From positions 620,001-658,402 of the forward strand of contig JASANG010003984.1 in assembly GCA_030248215.1 (NCBI GenBank): 38,402 nt of DNA, in the 5' to 3' direction. Position 1 is the first letter of the stretch, and every line of letters begins with the position of its first letter. Below are positions 11,567-23,900 of the stretch, piece by piece. A model generated the notes under the pieces. It had not been told where the DNA came from, did no database searches, and worked only from the letters and a program-made list of their open reading frames with translations. This DNA is from Enoplolaimus lenunculus (Eukaryota). The position numbers and the translations under genes are program-made.

Positions 11567-11683
11567 GATAAAACTTTAATTAAATTCTTATATTTTAAAG
11601 CAAGTTTGTCGCTCGCTTCGCAAACTCGGTTGTTTCTAAATTCCACTTATAGTTTTTCTGTCAAAAATTAGCCAGTTTGCTAT

Positions 11684-11900
11684 CACTGTAAATTCCAGTA
11701 AGTTGATTTTAACTCAGAATAAGTTGAATCGCTCAGTCTGAGTTAGGATTATCAGAAGTCTAATTCTGAGTTGATTCAACTCATTCTGATTTATATAGTT
11801 AACTCTCCAAAATAAACTCAACTCAGAGTGATTGTTTTGAACTCAGGAAAACTTAACTTTCAGTCTGAGTTGATTAATTAACTCATTGGAATTTATAGTG
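11684..11900. mobile_element. CMC-like MITE with AACTCAG subrepeats
   Basis: TAT|CACTGTAAATTCCA ... TGGAATTTATAGTG|TAT (3-bp TSD). Confidence 0.7.
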
Positions 11901-12102
11901 TATAAAGCGTTCAATGCGTCTTTCTTCGTGTCTCTTCAGAAAGTTCGAGTATTCCCCTATATCGGATGCACTGCCAAGGGAGTCCAAGGGTTGGCTCGGC
12001 CCCATGGAAAAAATTCCGCCCCCGTTACAAAGTTTTGGTTGCTGGTAAATCATTGAAAACCATTGAATGCCCCTCCTGAAAATTTTTTAGACCCCTAGCT
12101 TA

Positions 12103-12748
12103 TGCGGGGTCACGTTTTAACCGGGGTAGCTTGGGACACGTTTTGTCCCTATTAGACTATTGGGTAACATTTTGTCTGCTATCAAATTCAAAAATTTGTA
12201 ATTGTGTGCTATCATCATGTGTAGGTCACCTTTGTCCTTCAATATCATATGATACTCGATGTATTGTCAGCGAATATCATATGATATATTTTCAAATGTC
12301 TGCATGCTTGAGGTAACATACCCAAATTGTCCTGTTGAATATCATACTAGAATTTTAAATTTGAATTTTTGAATTATGACACTGTTTTTCTAAGCGGTTT
12401 GGTGCCGGCAATGAATTTTCAGACGTGTATTTGGTATTTAAGCACAGCTGTCCCCTGCCGTCCGACTTTCCATTAATTTTATTAGCACTCGAAAATTACA
12501 CTGTCCCGCTGAATATCATATGATATTCGTTAAAATTTTGGAATATCAAATGTCCCACAGTATCACGTGGCATTTACCGACTCGTGTACACATTGATTTT
12601 CTGAGAGCTGTGGTTTGAAAGCTAATGCCATATGACATTCGAGTTTTGTCTGCTCACTCGATATGAGGCTCGAATTTTTAACGTTGACATCGAATCAACA
12701 TGGGACAAACCGTGTCCGGCATGCCCCGGTTATAACGTGAGTCCCGCA
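12103..12748. mobile_element. PIF/Harbinger-like non-autonomous element inserted into a hAT-like MITE
   Basis: TTA|TGCGGGGTCACGTTTTAACCGGGG ... CCCCGGTTATAACGTGAGTCCCGCA|TTA. The flanks reconstitute a CAGGCCCGTAGCC-family MITE (~11975-12773). Confidence 0.75.
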
Positions 12749-12936
12749 TTAGCGAGCTCTGGCTACGGGCTTGCCATGTATACAACTCCTGCTTGCCATG
12801 AAACGTAGCAAAATAACTTTTTAACTCCGGAATTGTAAAACATTTGTCCCCCTTATCCTATGTTCTCTACATACACTCGTGTCTGTTGGTACTAACGGTT
12901 TGCACGACCCATCTTTGAAGTTTTGCCCAAAGTTAA

Positions 12937-13008
12937 TGACCACGCCGGCAATGGAACTTCGGCCCTCTTGCGCTAGAGCCAAGCATGCTACCACTACACT
13001 ACGCGGTC
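12937..13008 (-). pseudogene. tRNA-like sequence (probable tRNA-derived SINE head or pseudo-tRNA) with nominal anticodon CTA
   Basis: The minus strand folds into a 7-bp acceptor stem GACCGCG/CGTGGTC, a D arm with A box TAGTGTAGTGG and an anticodon arm CTTG..CAAG. The T stem is broken and the B box is mutated (GTTCCATT). Confidence 0.65.
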
Positions 13009-13381
13009 ATTGCAACAACTTCTTATACCGGTATATGTGCGCACAGGCATGACAACATTTGCTTTACATCAAATACCGACAGTGTCCATTGTTCAATGTT
13101 TATTATTTATATTATTGAATACTGACAACAACGCTTGAACCTATAGCAAGGGGTAAATTTGAACAAAAACTTAAAAATATATTACTTTTTCCATCATTCC
13201 TTACTAAAAATTTAATTTAATTTTTAAATATATTACACATTTCACCGCGAGGTATTTAGTTTAATGTTTGTCCATAGTTACAGTAAATATTAGTTTACCA
13301 ACTAGTCAAATTGTAAAAATTAGCAATAATGGTACCAACGACCAGCCGACAAAAAACCTGTTGTCGAGAGTTAAACATTTG

Positions 13382-13565
13382 GGCCATTGTTAAGAACAGG
13401 GGGTGTAACAGTATTATAACTATATTCCTAAGTCTAAGCCTGAGCGTAAGGATGAACATATTCCTAAGCCTAAGCCTTAGCCTAACAAAAAATTAGTCTA
13501 AAGCTTAAGCTTACTCTATTGCAGTCTCACAGAAAAACGTCCCGTCCCTGATCTTTACATGGGCC
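13382..13565. mobile_element. Merlin-like telomere-repeat MITE A2
   Basis: GGCCATTGTTAAGAACAGGG ... CCCTGATCTTTACATGGGCC; perfect 8-bp TSD AACATTTG. Confidence 0.85.
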
Positions 13566-13683
13566 AACATTTGTTGAAGCCCAGTTTATTGTCTAGTTGT
13601 ACTAACAGACAACCTGTAACGTTTGTTATATTTCAATTTCAATTTGTAATACACAGTATTCAGTATACGTGCCATATACTTTA

Positions 13684-13880
13684 CCCTTTCTCACATGAAC
13701 AAGTTCAATTTCATATGAGATGTAATTTCAAGGTAAAACTCGATCCCAGTCTAACGGTTGGGAGGCGTCTACAATGACCATTGAACTATTGGAGCTTGAC
13801 ACTTGAGGCCGAGGGAGGGCTTTCACGTCTTGAGGCTTTGCATTGCGTGTGGATGTTAGAATTGTTAAACACTGCTCACA
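13684..13880. mobile_element. Diverged piggyBac-like MITE (CCCTTTCTCACATG family)
   Basis: Starts CCCTTTCTCACATGAA and is collinear with 33172-33435. Confidence 0.6.
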
Positions 13881-13950
13881 GTGTCTGTATTGCTCATATA
13901 TTACTTCTATTTAGTTGCTCATAGTATACTCTATAAATAAAAAGGTTATA

Positions 13951-14115
13951 CACTGCAAAAATGGTGAGATTTATTTTATAAATCATTGCGTCAACTGTTG
14001 CATTATTGGAAAAATTCACAGTTAGTTTCGAGATGCTAACTGTGGATAATTCTAATAATGCAACAGTTGACGCAATGATTTATAAAATAATTTTTGTCGG
14101 TAATTTTCAATTGTG
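13951..14115. mobile_element. Palindromic CAC-ended MITE
   Basis: TA|CACTGCAAAAAT ... TTGTG|TA; internal ~55-bp inverted arms (13971-14025 and 14036-14090), with 37 bp perfect. Confidence 0.7.
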
Positions 14116-14225
14116 TAAAGCGCCTATAACCATTCGTTGACATTTCTTTAATTTTCGAACCAGTGAAAGGCTGAAACCTTCATGTATTGAGCAAAACAGC
14201 AATTGTTGCTGAATGCTGTTGCAGC

Positions 14226-14256
14226 TGTTGTTGTTGTTGTTGTTGTTGCGTTGTTG
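14226..14256. repeat. (GTT)n microsatellite
   Basis: Read directly. Confidence 0.85.
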
Positions 14257-14391
14257 CTATTCCAAGTATAGTTGATGTTGCCAGGGTGAGTTTGTAAAAC
14301 AAAACAAAGCCTGATTCTGATTCAATAACCTATAACCGACTAATATCGGAAGCCTAATTTGTTAATGGTAGTTTGGTCATATTTCGTTTTT

Positions 14392-14583
14392 GGCCAATGT
14401 TACTTTATGGGACGTACCAATAGATTAAGCGTATAGCTTAAGCCTAAGCCGAAGCGTTGCGAAAATGAGTTCCTAAGCCTAAGCCTAAGCCTGAGCCTAA
14501 GCAAAAAAATGTAATCTAGAATCTAAACCGACTCTTTTATAGACCCACCAGAAACCTGGACACCCCTTAAAGTAACATGAGCC
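14392..14583. mobile_element. Merlin-like telomere-repeat MITE A1
   Basis: GGCCAATGTTACTTTA ... TAAAGTAACATGAGCC with TAAGCC modules; TSD not evident. Confidence 0.75.
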
Positions 14584-15298
14584 CTGTCACTTCATGATTA
14601 ATATATATTTGTCGGAGTCTTAACGCAATACAGAACTACAAATGATAGATATGAATTGCGAAAACATAATAAAGTTAAGAGTTTGACGTTGGCAACTCGG
14701 TAAACAAAATAAACACATTGTTACTGACTGAATCAAATTGAACAATGGGAACTATGATCCCGGCTTATGTGATGCGCCTGTAAAAGAGTTGGCTTTGATT
14801 CTAGATTACATTTTTTTGCTTAGGTTTAGGCTTCCCAATGGGGCGATTCGGTTGCAAGTTGCAACCGTTTTTGCACTACAAATTAATACTGTTTTTCGAT
14901 TAATATTGTCATTCAGTTTAATGGTAAGTTTAGAACGTAATAGAACCTACCAGACGGTAAATAATGTAATCCTTGTAATATTCGAAATCAGGCGTTTAAT
15001 TTTGTGTTCATTCGAAGAAATTAGGGCTCATATACTCGTAGCTTTCGCACCCTTCGAACCAACAAATACCGAAGCTCAAAATTCAACGACATATTCCGCA
15101 TATAATTTGCTCTACTTCTGTACCAATTTTGACTTGAACAACTGTAATAGTTAGTGAGTTTAACAACATATTACTAACGGATGATAGTTGCTATACACAT
15201 TGAAGAATGTAGACTTAGGGAATCGCTTTTAATTTTACTGTATTGTTTTCGAGTTTAATAAGCTTGTCTTGTCAAGCACCAAACTGTAGTCCGAATTA

Positions 15299-15501
15299 GG
15301 GTTGCGCTATACTTGACGTCCGTCACCGTGCGTCACCCGTACGGCACCGTTCGTCACCCGTACGGCACCGTTCGTCACCCGTACGGCACCGTTCGTCACC
15401 GTCCGACACCATCCGTCACCATACGTTATCGTACTTTATTTGCGGACGAGACCGCACTATAACGGACGGTGCCGAACGTCAACAAAAGTATGCCGCAACC
15501 C
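15299..15501. mobile_element. PIF/Harbinger-like MITE with an internal 21-bp GC-rich tandem repeat
   Basis: TTA|GGGTTGCGCTATACTT ... AAGTATGCCGCAACCC|TTA; internal (CGTCACCCGTACGGCACCGTT) x3. Confidence 0.8.
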
Positions 15502-15788
15502 TTAGGGACGGCTTTGAATTGCAATTTAACACAACAAAATCCCAGTAGACCGAATACTGGAATATGCCGTCGCTCATGGTACGGATTCCGTGGGAAGATT
15601 GATTCCTGAGCACGAGAGTAAGAAGAATACCTGATTTAACCATGGACTATTTTCAATTTCTATTCCGAAGCTTTGCGGAATGCTGTAAGTCCCAGTCAAG
15701 TATCAGCACCGATATCGTATCGGTGTGCAAATATCGACCATTGGTAACCTCGCTACCGTCTCAATATCGTACCATCCCATCACAATAC

Positions 15789-15985
15789 GGCACATGTATA
15801 GAAAAGGGCCGGAACAGTAGTATAAGTATATTCCTAAGCCTAAGAATAAGCCTAAGCCTAAGCCTAAGCGTCAAGACGAGCGTATTCCTAAGCCTAAGCC
15901 TAAGCAAAAAATTTAGTATAAAGCTTAAACTGACTATGTTACAGCTCCTCCGGAAAATGTTCCGGTCCTGTTCTATACATGGGCC
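15789..15985. mobile_element. Merlin-like telomere-repeat MITE A2
   Basis: GGCACATGTATAGAAAAGGGCCGGAAC ... GTTCCGGTCCTGTTCTATACATGGGCC with TAAGCC arrays. Confidence 0.8.
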
Positions 15986-16009
15986 AAAATCCCATCACAA
16001 TACTGTGAG

Positions 16010-16200
16010 GTTTGGTCGAAGGTTAGGATTTCGAGATAGGGTCGAAGGTTCGGATTTTGGGATATGGTTGAAGGTTGGGATTTTGGGATATGGTTGAAGG
16101 ATGGGATTTTGGGATATGGTTGAAGGATGGGATTTTGGGATATGGTTGAAGGTTGAGAATTTGGGATATTGTTGAAGGTTGGGATATTGGGATATAGTCG
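16010..16200. repeat. 26-bp minisatellite (GGGATTTTGGGATATGGTTGAAGGTT)
   Basis: About 7 units; related to the CCCAAAATCCC satellites at 28610-28740 and 29600-30500. Confidence 0.85.
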
Positions 16201-16344
16201 AAAAAGTGGTATTATTTTCAAGGAAGGAAAAGATTTATGAGCACGAGAGTAGGTTAAATATTTGAATTAGTTGCGGAAAATATTGTAATTTCAATTTCTT
16301 AGTTTTGTGATATGGTTGGTCATGGTGTACAAGTTAAGGATAGA

Positions 16345-16695
16345 AATTAACCTAAGATTTAGCCCAAGGGTCATTTAAGATCTAATCTATGTTTAAAACG
16401 AAGCCTATTCCTAAAGCCTGAGCGTAAACCTAAGCCTAAGTGTACGCACGTTATACGGTCCAATCTATGCTTAAACCAAAACCTGCTCCTAAAGCCTAAG
16501 CCTATTAAAGTTAAGCGCAAAAGCCTAAGCGTAATAAAAAGCCTGAGATTTAGCCCAATGGTCATATTATTATAAAATCTATTCTATGTTTAAACTAAAG
16601 CCTATTCCTAAAACCTCACCCTCATCCAAAGCCTATATGCAAGCCCAAAACCTAAGCTTAAACGAAGCTTGAACCTTAAACCTAAGCCTAAGTAC
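16345..16695. repeat. Degenerate telomere-like (TAAGCC-derived) higher-order repeat
   Basis: Repeated AAGCCTA/AAACCTA units; AGATTTAGCCCAA..GGTCATT and TCTATG.TTAAA recur. Confidence 0.7.
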
Positions 16696-17971
16696 AAGGA
16701 ATTGCATGCAATGAATACTGTTGAAATCACAAAATCCCGAAATCCCAAAATTCTACGAACAAAAGCTTGTAGAAAAACCTTTGGTTTACAAAAACTTTAC
16801 AGGGTATATTTCCCTCGTATCAGCTGTCTTGTTAAACTTTAGCAAAAATAGTACAACTATACTTGATAACTCTTACAAAGAGTTATTATCATTCAGTTTG
16901 TTTAATTAAAAACTTTGCACCCGAACAGCAAACAACAACAACAGTCTGTCTAACGTTTTTTATCTTAGTGATTCTATAATACAGATGTTGTTCGGGTTAA
17001 CCTTTAGTTTAACAACTTGATCAGCATATATTACATGCGAAATATTATTCTTAAGGCCGGCGGCGGCAGGATTTTATTTCCGGTGTCACATGCGAGATTC
17101 CCCTCGCCCCCCCCCCCCCGGCGAATTAATCCCCCACCCGAAATCATCGGCCGGCCAATCCTCCACGTCGACGGAAAAAATGCCGTGGGACAAAATTTCG
17201 CATAAAAGTTGTTTTGTATGTACACTGCAAAAAATGGTTAGTCAAATTGACTCTCTCCGAAACAGGATTTTCCTGACTACACAAACTGAGTCAAAATTCG
17301 GCTTCGCCTGAGTCAATTGTCTTGTATAAAATCTTAAACGATAATGCAAGGTTATACTTAGTCATGTAGTTTCAAAACTAAAATATGCTTTTAAGGTCTC
17401 GAACTCAGCTTTATCTGCTCCTGGAGACATTTATTCACTACAATTAGGAATAATTGACATCTATGGACTCTTATTAGGGTTTAAGGACCCTATCCGCTTA
17501 CGGACTTTGTTAGGATTACGGACTCCTATTGATTGGCACTCAAAACGAAAACCCCTCTTATTGCCTGTCCCTCTTATTCGGGTCACTACCGGCCAAATTT
17601 TGAGCACCGACATTCACTGGTTCGAAAGTTACAAAACCTGTCATCATGTGGTATTAGGCACTACGCACATTGGAGAATACCAGCCAATATCTCCTACTGT
17701 GTGCCTAAAGATAAGTTTTAGACTAATTTTTTGCATGGATTAAGCTTAGGCTTAGGAATATGCTTATAATAGTGTTCCGCCTCTGTTCTTTATATTGGCC
17801 CAAAATGTTATAAATGCAATTGAATCTGAATTATTTAAAATATTTCACAATCCGTTCAAATTGCACGTTGGCATATAATCGAAAATTCACCAAAGGTACT
17901 ACTACAATTGACATTAGAATTTTGTAATCAAATGTATCTACGAAACTAACTTTGCTCAAAATATATAAACT

Positions 17972-20900
17972 ATGATTAGCGGTACAAGATTTAAATCTCG
18001 GTTTAAAACGCTTTTGTGGCTACTGATTGGTTTACTGATGCTACTAATTCTTGCTAATGTGTCGCTACTTCAATTCCCAGCTGAACCTCCAATTGTGACG
18101 TACATTTATGGCACTTTGTCACCAGAGAGTCAAAAAATTGAATTCAAACAAATGCCAGTTTGTAGTTATCAAACATTACCTCAAATTGACACAAATTTTG
18201 CCTATTTGGAATTTGCTCGAATATATCTACAACAACACCACCACCAACAACAACAGCAACTGCAACAACAACAACAACAACAACAACAACTGCAACAATT
18301 AATAGAAACAACATATTTAGTAGATTCTCAGCCAGATAAACAGGGTAATTTTTCACTGCACACGATTCCATATCAATGCGAAATACCAAAACGGTTTGAA
18401 AAATTTATGCTTTTACCGCCGTTTAAACCCGGCATGTTTCCTGATGGACTACTGCCACCGCCGACTGTTTATGGGACGTTTCGGATTGAACTATGCGGCA
18501 TACCAAAGAATGCAATGTCACAATTCCGAGGTACATCTTACAAAACAACTCAGTCTATGTAAAGATCAGGAGCAGAACGTTTTTCGACACAACTGCAATA
18601 GCATAAAGCATACGCTTTAGACTATTATTTGTTTAGGTTTATGCTTCGGCTTAGAAATATGCTTATGTTACTATCACAGCCGTGTTTTACTTTGATGGTC
18701 TTTGTTCGAAAGTTACAAGACCTATCACCAACTTGTGATCAGTAATGTTTCAAAACGGTTTATATTTTGCCCAGGGCACGCTGCACATATTAAATACAGG
18801 GTACAAGAAATGCGAATTGTGCACTCTCATTAATCAATATTCCAAAGCATTGCTGATAACATGCAAATTACACCTACAATAACCCTAACCTTATTTTCAA
18901 AAGCTTCAGCATACACTTGTTAGTAATAAGTCGTATGCAGACGTGATAGTTTTTATTGCGAGAACATGGAGTTGCAACTTACATTTGCAAGTTTTGTACA
19001 AAATCCCATTCGAAAAACTTGCAGCTGCAACTAAATTTATTACAAATCGTAGCGGCGAATTTAGTTCAAATATGTGGATAACCATCCAAGTTCACTGAAT
19101 TTATAGCAGTCGCTATCTCATTGCTTGATGAAAAATGCAAGTTCGGCGTGAAATTTGCAGTTACAAGTCCTCGCAGCAAAAACTTACACTTGTTAATAGG
19201 GCTTTAGACTTTTAAACTGTTGAAACCATTACTATTGTGGATCTCACAATTTGTCCTCAAGTAGGTCAAATAAAAATCTGAAAATATGCTGCATTTGGAA
19301 GCTTGCCATTATTAACAGATTGGAATCGTACAAAACCTTTCACTAGGTGCACGCTCAATAAGAAATATAATTAGCAAAGTGCACTTGAAAATTATTTCTG
19401 TTATAACAGAAAAGTTTTCAAAAACATTTTGAAATAAAGTTTGAAAATAAACGTTTTCTAGTTATTTTTTACAAAAATTGTCTTAAATATCAGAAAAAAT
19501 TTTAGATTTGCCACAGAAAATACTTTTCGTATAAATTCAGAAATTATTTTTTGTGTGTGGCGATCGACACATCGCAAATTTAAGTATACAGGCATATACT
19601 ATAAAAGTTGTTGATAAAAAAGTTTAATTTTAGCTTTAATGTGTCGAACTCTGCCTGGTGTCGACGGTAAAAAGTTTGTGACAAATCCATATCAAGCGCA
19701 TTACGACAAAGTTTGTCAAAAAGGCGAAGTTCAGCTTGCAAATTATCCAAATAGCATCCTGTAAGCTTAGGGAAAAAATAAATCAATTTTTAAAGTTGAG
19801 TAAATATGGTTTTTAAATCTACTTGTAGAAATAAACTGACTACTGTAGTGACCCGAATATGAGGGGGGACTGATATTTATTTGGCCTCTCAAGAGGCTAA
19901 TTTCCTGTTATTCGGTGACAGACTGTTATTTATTTTTAAGTCGCCCTTCGTTACTGATATATATCCGGTATTGCAACTATCCGTTGAATTAAAAGATATA
20001 TTTGTCTTGTATCAGAAGCTTGAGCGATGATGTACTTTCCAAACTTCAGTACGCTTTAAAGTTTCGAACTCAACTTTATTTGGTCCTGGAGTCATTTATG
20101 CGCTATAATTAAGGCCAACGGACATTTATGGACTCTAATTATAATTTAGGGACTCTCTCCGCTTACGGACTCTTATTAGGAATACGGACTCCTATGGATT
20201 GGGACTCAAAATGGGGACCCCTCTCTTTTTACTCCTTTCTTATTCGGGTCACAACAGTAAATCAAGATTTAACAAGAGTGTCCAACTCTGCGTGTTCCGC
20301 ATGGTACAAAATGTAGCACCGGGTGTTGTGTTTTTGGCCGACAGTCTCCACGCTTATTTACAGGGGGTCGCTGTCACAGAAATAACCCTAAATTAAACTA
20401 TAACACAAGCATTTCTGATGCCGGATACACAAAGCACCATGGTTCTCACAGGTTGTACTCTTCTCTACATCAAGGAAGAAGATCGGTCGAAATGCAACGC
20501 GTGCCGGGTACATTTTGCACCGTGTGGAACTCCAGGAATGGCATACTTTTGTATCATGCACTGTTGACTAAAAACTCATTAGAAAGTTGCCAACAACAGC
20601 GAACCGAATTATTTTGCTGTGTCAAAGGCTCAGCAATGCCCCATACGCCACAAATTACTCAGTTTAGAAACTAAAAGCCTAAGCCTAAGCTTAAACAAAA
20701 CCTTAATTTAAGCCTAATCTTAACTCCTAGGGCGGGCGGTATTCGCAACTGTATACAACTTCTGTCACCAGTAACTAGTAGGTTTTTAACCAAGTCAACT
20801 ACAGCAACTGCAAGTGTAATGTTTTCAATAAGTCAAATGCGAAAACAATTTGTTCGAAAAATTAGGCCGATGTATAGATCAGAGGCTGGCGGTGTTTTAG

Positions 20901-23900
20901 TGGACTGTTTTGAAGTAAGCTTAAGCTTTAGGCTAATTTTCGTTTTGGTTTAAGCGTAGGTATAGGCTTATCCGTAAGCTTTTAGGCTTAGGTTTAGCAT
21001 TAGGGATATGCTTGTACTACCGTTACGGCCTTAATCTAAAGATTGGTCGAAATTTACAAATCGTATTAAACTTTAATTATTGCTAATGTTTACGCATAGG
21101 TTTAGGTTTACAGTCATTTAATCGCTTAGGTTTAGGTTTAGGATTACGAATAAACGTCATCTACGGCTACGGCCCTAAAAGTAACATTGGTCTTGTGCCC
21201 GATGGTTTTTGCTGATCCAACTTTTTGGTCGGTTTTACCTCCGGCAGGGTGTTGTAAAATTTATATTTTTGCTGAATCACAGTGTCGAAAACTCAAAAAA
21301 AACAAATCATTCAAGCCTATTAAACCTAAATCTAAGACTAAACAAAACTCTATAGCAAAAACTGCACGCTATGTGCAAGTACTCTCGGGTTCCCGAAGGT
21401 ATCCGCGGGTAAACGCGGTGGGCAATAATTTGTTAATCTTCACCGATCGAAAATTTTTTATAACAAACTTGAAATCAGATAACGTAGAAAACTTGAATTT
21501 TTATACTATTTTTCGTACGAGTGAAAAAGAAGTAGCGAATAAATATCAATGCACTGTAAAATTACGGTCAGTTGTATTGAACGCAGAAGAAAAAAATAAA
21601 GGTGAGTAAAGGCGGGTCACGGTAAACGTATTTTGCGCGGGTAACTCGCAGCTCGGGTACAAAAAGTCTTTACCCACTACACCTCTGGTCTATACTGATT
21701 ACTGAAAATAACTTTAACCATCACTTTTTACATTTTAAGGACATCATTGATGTGGAACGATTCTTCGATCCACAAACTGGTCGTCATCCGAAATCCAATC
21801 GACCGATTTATTTCCGGCTACGTTGACAAATGTATCCGGTTAAAGAAACCGTGCTACAAATGCACGAACACGGATCCGGTCGAATGTTTCATCAACGAAA
21901 ACGCAGCCAAAATGCACGAATTGTTTGCTGAAAAAGTGAACGCTGAACGCAATTTGTTGACGCTAATGACACGAAATCATCACATTAATCATTTTTATCC
22001 ACAATTTTGGTACTGTGATTTTCAAGGCTATTTGCATAATTACACTGTGCTGTATTATGCGAAAAATTCACAGTTTCGAAAACTGTCACGAGAGTTGTTT
22101 TTAACCTGGGGTGTCCCGAGTTCGATCATTGAAACCGGATGGGGTAAAAACGGGTAAGTTATCGGGGGGTTTTTTAACCAAATATGACGCGCTCGCCTTT
22201 GTGATATAAGCATCGCTGCTTGTTGCCGTTGAACCTTTTTACGTCATGGAGTATACGGCCCATGTTACTTTAAGGAGCGTCTAGGTTTCTGGTATGTCGA
22301 TAAAAGAGTAGGTTTAGATTGTATGTGCAGTACAACATCTGAACAACCCATGAGACCTCTTAAAAGGTTTTTATCTGCAAATCGGGGTGCAACCGGAGGT
22401 GAAAAATACCAGGGCCGGAGGTCAACGAAACTTGCCGGAGCCGGAGAGCCAATATCTCCAAAATGTTTTTTAAGTTGTTTGGTTTCACGCTAATTTTCTG
22501 CCAGATTTCGGCAATTCTTTCATAAAAATTGTGACAAAAGTCAATCGAAACGCGCTAAACAAATAAATATAGGAAAATTATGGTAAATTTTACTACCGAG
22601 CGACTTACCCAAGCCCTTCTATCTGTTCGTGCTGCAAACCATCAAAGCCTATAGCTTATTTCTTAGTATATAAGCCAGCAAAGGCTATGGTTTAAAGTGT
22701 CCTAAGCCTAAAGCAAAGCCTATGCCTGGTATATAAGCCAGCAAAGCATATGCCTTAAAGGGTCCTAAGCTTAAACAAAACCTATGCCTTATTGTATAAG
22801 CCAGCTAAGCCTATACCTTAGTGTTCAAAGCCTATTTATAGCTACGAACGACTACACAGTGTTGTAAGACACCCGCAATTTGCCTATGAACATTGTGAAA
22901 AGAGGCGACTACATAGTATTGTAGACCACCCGAAATTTACACCTATATTGTCGTTATATACTTCTAAATTAAAAGACAATTATGTCAAATTGTGGGGGAA
23001 TACTCTCTTATTTGTTTATTTAACTATCCCCCTGCGCAGTGACCTTTTGGTGGTTTTGCCCTTTGTCGGAAATATCTTGACCTTTATCAAATTTTGCTAA
23101 AACTCAAAATTTCTAATTTTATAACTTTTCTTTGATAGGGGTCGCATTATAAATTTTGGGGATTGTATCTACTCTACGCATTGAATTTCAATTTCAATAT
23201 ACCTATAAAATTTACCAAGGTCATAAATGAAGCAAAATTTAAAATGCAAAATTATATATCTTTCAATTTCCAACTAGATAATTTCAACTTTATTACTGAA
23301 AGGGAAATTGAATTGCAAGAAATATAGTATAGAAAAATTGTGATTTACGGTTTATGGACTGTTTAGGAAATTGAATGTAGAGTATAAAATTTCACATTCT
23401 AATTTCTCTTTCACTTTCTAAAACTGAAAACCGGAATTTCCATGTTGTGAATTGCACGACTTTACTTCCCCAGCGTGTACACACTATATTGTGGACGATG
23501 CATTAATAACATATCGTAGATATTTGCTGACATTAACTAATTAACTGTCATTTTATTACCTAATTTCGCCTCACATCCGGCAAGTTTCGTGTTGACTTCC
23601 GGCTCCGGTATTTTTCACCTCTGGTTGCACCCTCCTTGTAAGACTCCAGATAGTGGGAGCTAAGGCGGCTTGACCGCCTATAAAATTATTGGCTTCCAAA
23701 AAAGTATCAACCTGACTTGCAAATCATGCCAAATCCTTGCATGTCTTTTCTGAAAATTTTTGTGTAGTTATTGCCGCAACAGCTAGCAATTGTGTTAAAT
23801 CTTGGCCCATATTCTCAAATGCATATAGCACCTATCACCAGTTAGTATTATGTTTTCAAACTAACGAACTGTTGCAATTACAGATCTCAAAATTTGCACA

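Noticed and set aside
14185..14330. Minus-strand polyQ frame as a paralogue of the sulfotransferase exon 1
   Set aside because: Similarity is limited to the CAA microsatellite; the flanking peptides are unrelated.
14738..15154. 138-aa + strand ORF, and an exon-like minus-strand segment (14951-15141) with AG/GT boundaries
   Set aside because: The + ORF runs through a MITE fragment and has no recognisable motif; the minus segment has stops in all three frames.
19580..19786. Minus-strand 68-aa ORF
   Set aside because: It is the antisense shadow of sulfotransferase exon 2 (19634-19760).
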